Assembly: GCA_051313645.2 (NCBI GenBank)
Contig: JBNRSN020000017.1
Location: 52,824,001 to 52,888,000, forward strand
Reading direction: 5' to 3'
DNA length: 64,000 nucleotides
From: Centroscyllium fabricii
Lineage: Eukaryota
Below are positions 60,398 to 64,000 of this stretch, piece after piece (positions within the stretch are counted from its first letter, which is position 1; every line of letters starts with the position of its first letter). The notes under the pieces are model-generated. The model was not told where the DNA came from. It did no database searches and was given only the letters and a program-made list of their open reading frames with translations. Made by a program: the position numbers and the translations under genes.

Positions 60398-60734
60398 GAA
60401 AACGCTGGAAAAACTCAGCAGGCCAGGCAGCATCGGTGGAGAGAGGAACAGAGTTAACGTTTCAGGTCGATGACCTTTCCTCAGAACTGAAGAAACCAGG
60501 AGGAGGGGAATAGATTTTAAAGCTAGTAGGGGCTGGGGAAAGGGGGAGGGGCTTACCCCAGCCCCCACCAGCTTTCAAATCTATCCCCTCTCCTGGTTTC
60601 TCCAGTTCTGAAGAAAGGTCATCGACCTGAAACGTTAACTCTGTTCCTCTCTCCACCGATGCTGCCTGGCCTGCTGAGTTTCTCCAGCGTTTTCTGTTAG
60701 TTTGGAGTTCCAGCATCCGCAGTATTTTGCTATC
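60398..60734. mobile_element. Fold-back pair of PLE family B pLTRs with hammerheads at 60452-60488 (-) and 60604-60640 (+)
   Basis: Inverted repeat centred near 60548; flanking direct repeat GTAGACTTTT(T)ATCA (60383-60397, 60735-60748). Confidence 0.85.
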
Positions 60735-61047
60735 GTAGACTTTTATCAAGTGTTTTTGTAGTTTGAGCACTTGCTGAGTCACTGGAGCACTCTACAGTCT
60801 CATGCCTGATGAATGGGCACTTGGGCGCGGTGCAGCTGAGCTGCCAGTGCACATGAGCCATATGAGTCACCCTCTTCAGGAGAATCGTAGTATGCTACAG
60901 CACAGAAGGAGGCCATTCAACCCATTGTGCCTGTGCCAGAATATTTGGTAGAGCTCTCCAATTAATCGAACTCCTCTGCTCTTTCCCCATAGCCCTGAAA
61001 TGTGTTTCCTTTCAAGTATTTATCCAATTCTCTTCTGAATGTTACTG

Positions 61048-61464
61048 CAAGTTGAGCACCGTTAATCCGTTACCCGAAAAACTGGCAGCTTCAGACGTCT
61101 GGCAAAGATTTCCCCGACTGCCCTGCACATGAGCAACATGGCCACCGCGATTGGCTGCGCATGCCCGGGCCTCCCTGAACGATTGATGCTTCGGTGAATG
61201 ATCTGCGCATGCGCCGCCGAACAGCGAACGCATGCGCAGACCATTCAAAACTTCGACAGCCATTTTGAATTATCTGCGCACGCGCCGCCGAACGGCGAGC
61301 GCACGCGCCGCCGAACGGCGAGCGCATGCGCAGATCATTCAAAATTTTGCGGTGGCCATTTTGAATGATCTGCGCATGCGCCACCAAAGCTTCAATCATT
61401 CGGCGTTTTCAACAATTCGGTGGGTGCTGGTCCCGACCCTGCCGGATTAACGGTGTTCAACCTG
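61048..61464. mobile_element. Tigger/pogo-like MITE inserted in CR1
   Basis: CAAGTTGAGCACCGTTAATCCG...CGGATTAACGGTGTTCAACCTG|TA. Confidence 0.88.
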
Positions 61465-62475
61465 TATTGAATCTGCTTCCACCCCCCTTTCATACAGTGC
61501 ATTCCAGATCACAACAACTCGCTGCGTAAAAAAATGTTTCCTCTTGTAGCCTCTGGTTCTTTTGCCAATCACGTTAAATCTGTGTCCTCTGGTTACTGAC
61601 CCTTCTGCCATTAGAGCAGGTTATCTTTATTTACTCCATCAAAACCATTCATGATTTTGAACACCTCTATCAAGTCTCCTCTTAATCTTCTCTTCTCTAA
61701 GGAGAGTGACCCCAGCTTCTATTGTCTCTCCACATAACTGAAGTCCCTCATCCCTGGTACCATTCAAGTAAATCTCCTCTGCACCCTCTCCAAGGCCTTG
61801 ACATCCTTCCTAAAGTGTGGTGCCCAGAATTGAACACAATACCCCAGCTGAGGCCTAACCAGTGATTTTATAAAGGTTTAGCGTAACTTTCTTCCTTGTC
61901 CTCTAGTCCTCTATTAATAAACCAAGGATCCCATGTGCTGCTTTAACAGCCTTCTCATCTTGTTCTGCTACCTTCAAAGATTTCTGTGCGTACACCCCCA
62001 GGTCTTTCTGTTCCCGCAACCCCTTTAAAATTGTACCATTTAGTTCATATTGCCACTCCTAATTCTTCCTACCCAAATGTATCACTTCACCCTTCTCTGT
62101 GTTAAATTTCATCTGCCCATTTTACCAGTCTGTTAATGTGCCCCTGAGTCTGTTACTATCTTCATTTTTTACTATATTTCTGAGTTTCGTATCATCTGCA
62201 AACTTTGAAATTATGCCCTGTATACCCAAGTCCAGGTGATTAATTGATATCAAAAAGAGCAGTGGTCCCAACACCGACCCCTGGGGAACACCACTGTATA
62301 ATTCCCTCCAGTCTGAAAAACAATCGTTCACCACTATTCTCTGCTTTGTGACCCTTAGCCAATTTTGTATCCATGCTGCCACTGTCCCTTTAATCCTATG
62401 GGCTTTAACTTTGCTAACAAGTCTATTATGTGGTACTTTGTCAAACACCTTTTAAAAGTCCATATACAAGTACAT

Positions 62476-63201
62476 AGGGGGTGCATGAACAGAGAGACCT
62501 GGGGGTATATGTGCACCAATAGTTGAAGGTTTTCAGGGCAGGTTGAGAAAGCTGTTAAAAAAGCAAACGGGATCCTGGGCTTCATAAATAGAGGCATAGA
62601 GTACAAAAGCAAGGAAGTTATGATGAACCTTTATAAAACACTGGTTCGGCCTCAACTGGAGTATTGTGTCCAATTCTGGGCATCGCACTTTTAGGAAGGA
62701 TGTGAAGGCCTTAGAGAGGGTGCAGAAAAAATTTACAAGAATGATTCCAGGGATGAGGGACTTCAGTTTTGTGGATAAACTGGAGAAGCTGTGATTGTTG
62801 TTCTTAGAGCAGAGAAGGTTGAGAGGAGATTTGATAGAGGTGTTCAAACTCATGAGGGGTCTAGACAGAGTAGATAGAAACGGTTCACCATTGGCGGAAG
62901 GGCCGAAAACCAGAGGGCACAGATTTAAGGTTATTGGCAGAAGAATCGAAGGCGATATGAGGAAAAACCTTTTTACACAGCGAGTGGTCAGGATCTGGAA
63001 TGCACTGCCTGAAAGGGTGGTGAGGGCAGATTCAATCGTGGCTTTCAGAAGGGAGTTGGATAAGTACCTGAATTTTAAAAAATTGCAGGGTTACGGGGAA
63101 AGGGCGGTGTGAATGGGACTAGCTGAAGTGCTCAGAGAGCCAGCACGGGCTTGACGGGCCAAATGGCTTCCTTCTAAGCTGTTACCATTCTATGATTCTA
63201 C
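62476..63201 (+). mobile_element. CR1 3' fragment nested antisense within the older CR1
   Basis: LVRPQLEYCVQFW motif, ORF 62795-63112, ATTCTATGATTCTA tail. Confidence 0.88.
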
Positions 63202-64000
63202 ATCAACCACAGTACCCTCACCAACCCTCTCTGTTATAGCATCAAAAAACTTAGTCAAAGTTAATCAAGCACAATTTATCTTTAACAAATCCATGCTGAC
63301 TTTCATTTATTAGCCCATACTTTCCAAATGCCAATTAATTTTGTCCCGGATTATTGTCTGTAAATGTATGCCCACCACCGATGTTGGGCTGACTGGCCTG
63401 CAGTTGCCGGGTTTATCCCTCTCCCCTTTTTTAAATAGGGGTGTAACATTTCCAATTCTCTAGTCTTCTGGCACCAACACATATCCAAGGAGGATTGGAA
63501 GATTGTGACCAGAACCTCTACAATTTTCACCCTTACTTCCCTCAGTAACCTCGGATGCATCCCATCCAGGCTGGGTGACTTTTCTACCTTGAGTACTGCC
63601 AACCTTTTAAGTACCTCTTTATCTATTTTTATCCTATCCAATATTGATGCTGCCGTCTCTTTTACTGCTACATTGGCAGCATCCTCTTCTCCAGTGAAGA
63701 CAGATGCAAAGTACTCATTTAGTACCTCATCCATGCACTCGGCCTCCACAAGAAGATTTCCTTTTTGGTGCCTATTCGGCCCCACACTCCCTTGACTACC
63801 CTTTTACTGTTTGTGTTTATAAAAGACATTTGGATTCCCTTTTATGTTAGCTGCTAATCTATTGTCCTACTCTTTGCGCCTCTTATTTCCTTTCTTAGAT
63901 CTCCTCTGTACTTTCTAGATTCAGCTTGGTCATAAATCTCCTTTTTCTGCCTCATTTTAACCTCTATATCTTCAGACAGCCAGGGAGTTCTACCTTTCGA

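Larger units (their letters stand above)
60880..64000 (-). mobile_element. Decayed CR1 LINE running off the window end, interrupted by a MITE and an opposite-strand CR1
   Basis: Minus ORFs 62122-62448 (GVPQGSVLGP, FADD) and 63351-63785; sequence resumes across both insertions. Confidence 0.85.

Noticed and set aside
45077-64000. Penultimate NTN1 exon (expected ...[20 protein letters not shown])
   Set aside because: Not found by eye; it probably lies beyond the window, so assigning this whole stretch to one intron is an inference

Overview
Eukaryotic, repeat-rich vertebrate DNA, almost certainly from an elasmobranch (shark or ray): it carries HE1-type V-SINEs, abundant CR1 LINEs and a DeuSINE. 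Two host genes end tail-to-tail. The last coding exon of STX8 is on + at 35995-36062 and the last coding exon of NTN1 (netrin-1, NTR/C345C domain) is on - at 44304-44632, matching the known STX8-NTN1 neighbourhood. The rest is intron or intergenic DNA filled with mobile elements: CR1, L2, Rex1 and RTE LINE pieces, SINEs, Tigger/pogo-like, hAT and Harbinger MITEs, a solo LTR, and several Penelope-like element (PLE) remnants. Main observations: (1) about 11 minimal type I hammerhead ribozyme motifs in three PLE families, including fold-back pairs with target-site duplications, a U3-A8 compensatory core variant, and a canonical GUC copy in sense orientation about 100 nt upstream of the last NTN1 splice acceptor; (2) a TA-targeting MITE family whose interior is an array of NRF1-like and YY1-like motifs and which holds varied cargo; (3) a CR1 insertion preceded by a 375-bp copy of its own upstream flank; (4) an RTE reduced to its two ends fused in frame. 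All calls were made by eye and boundaries of decayed repeats are approximate.
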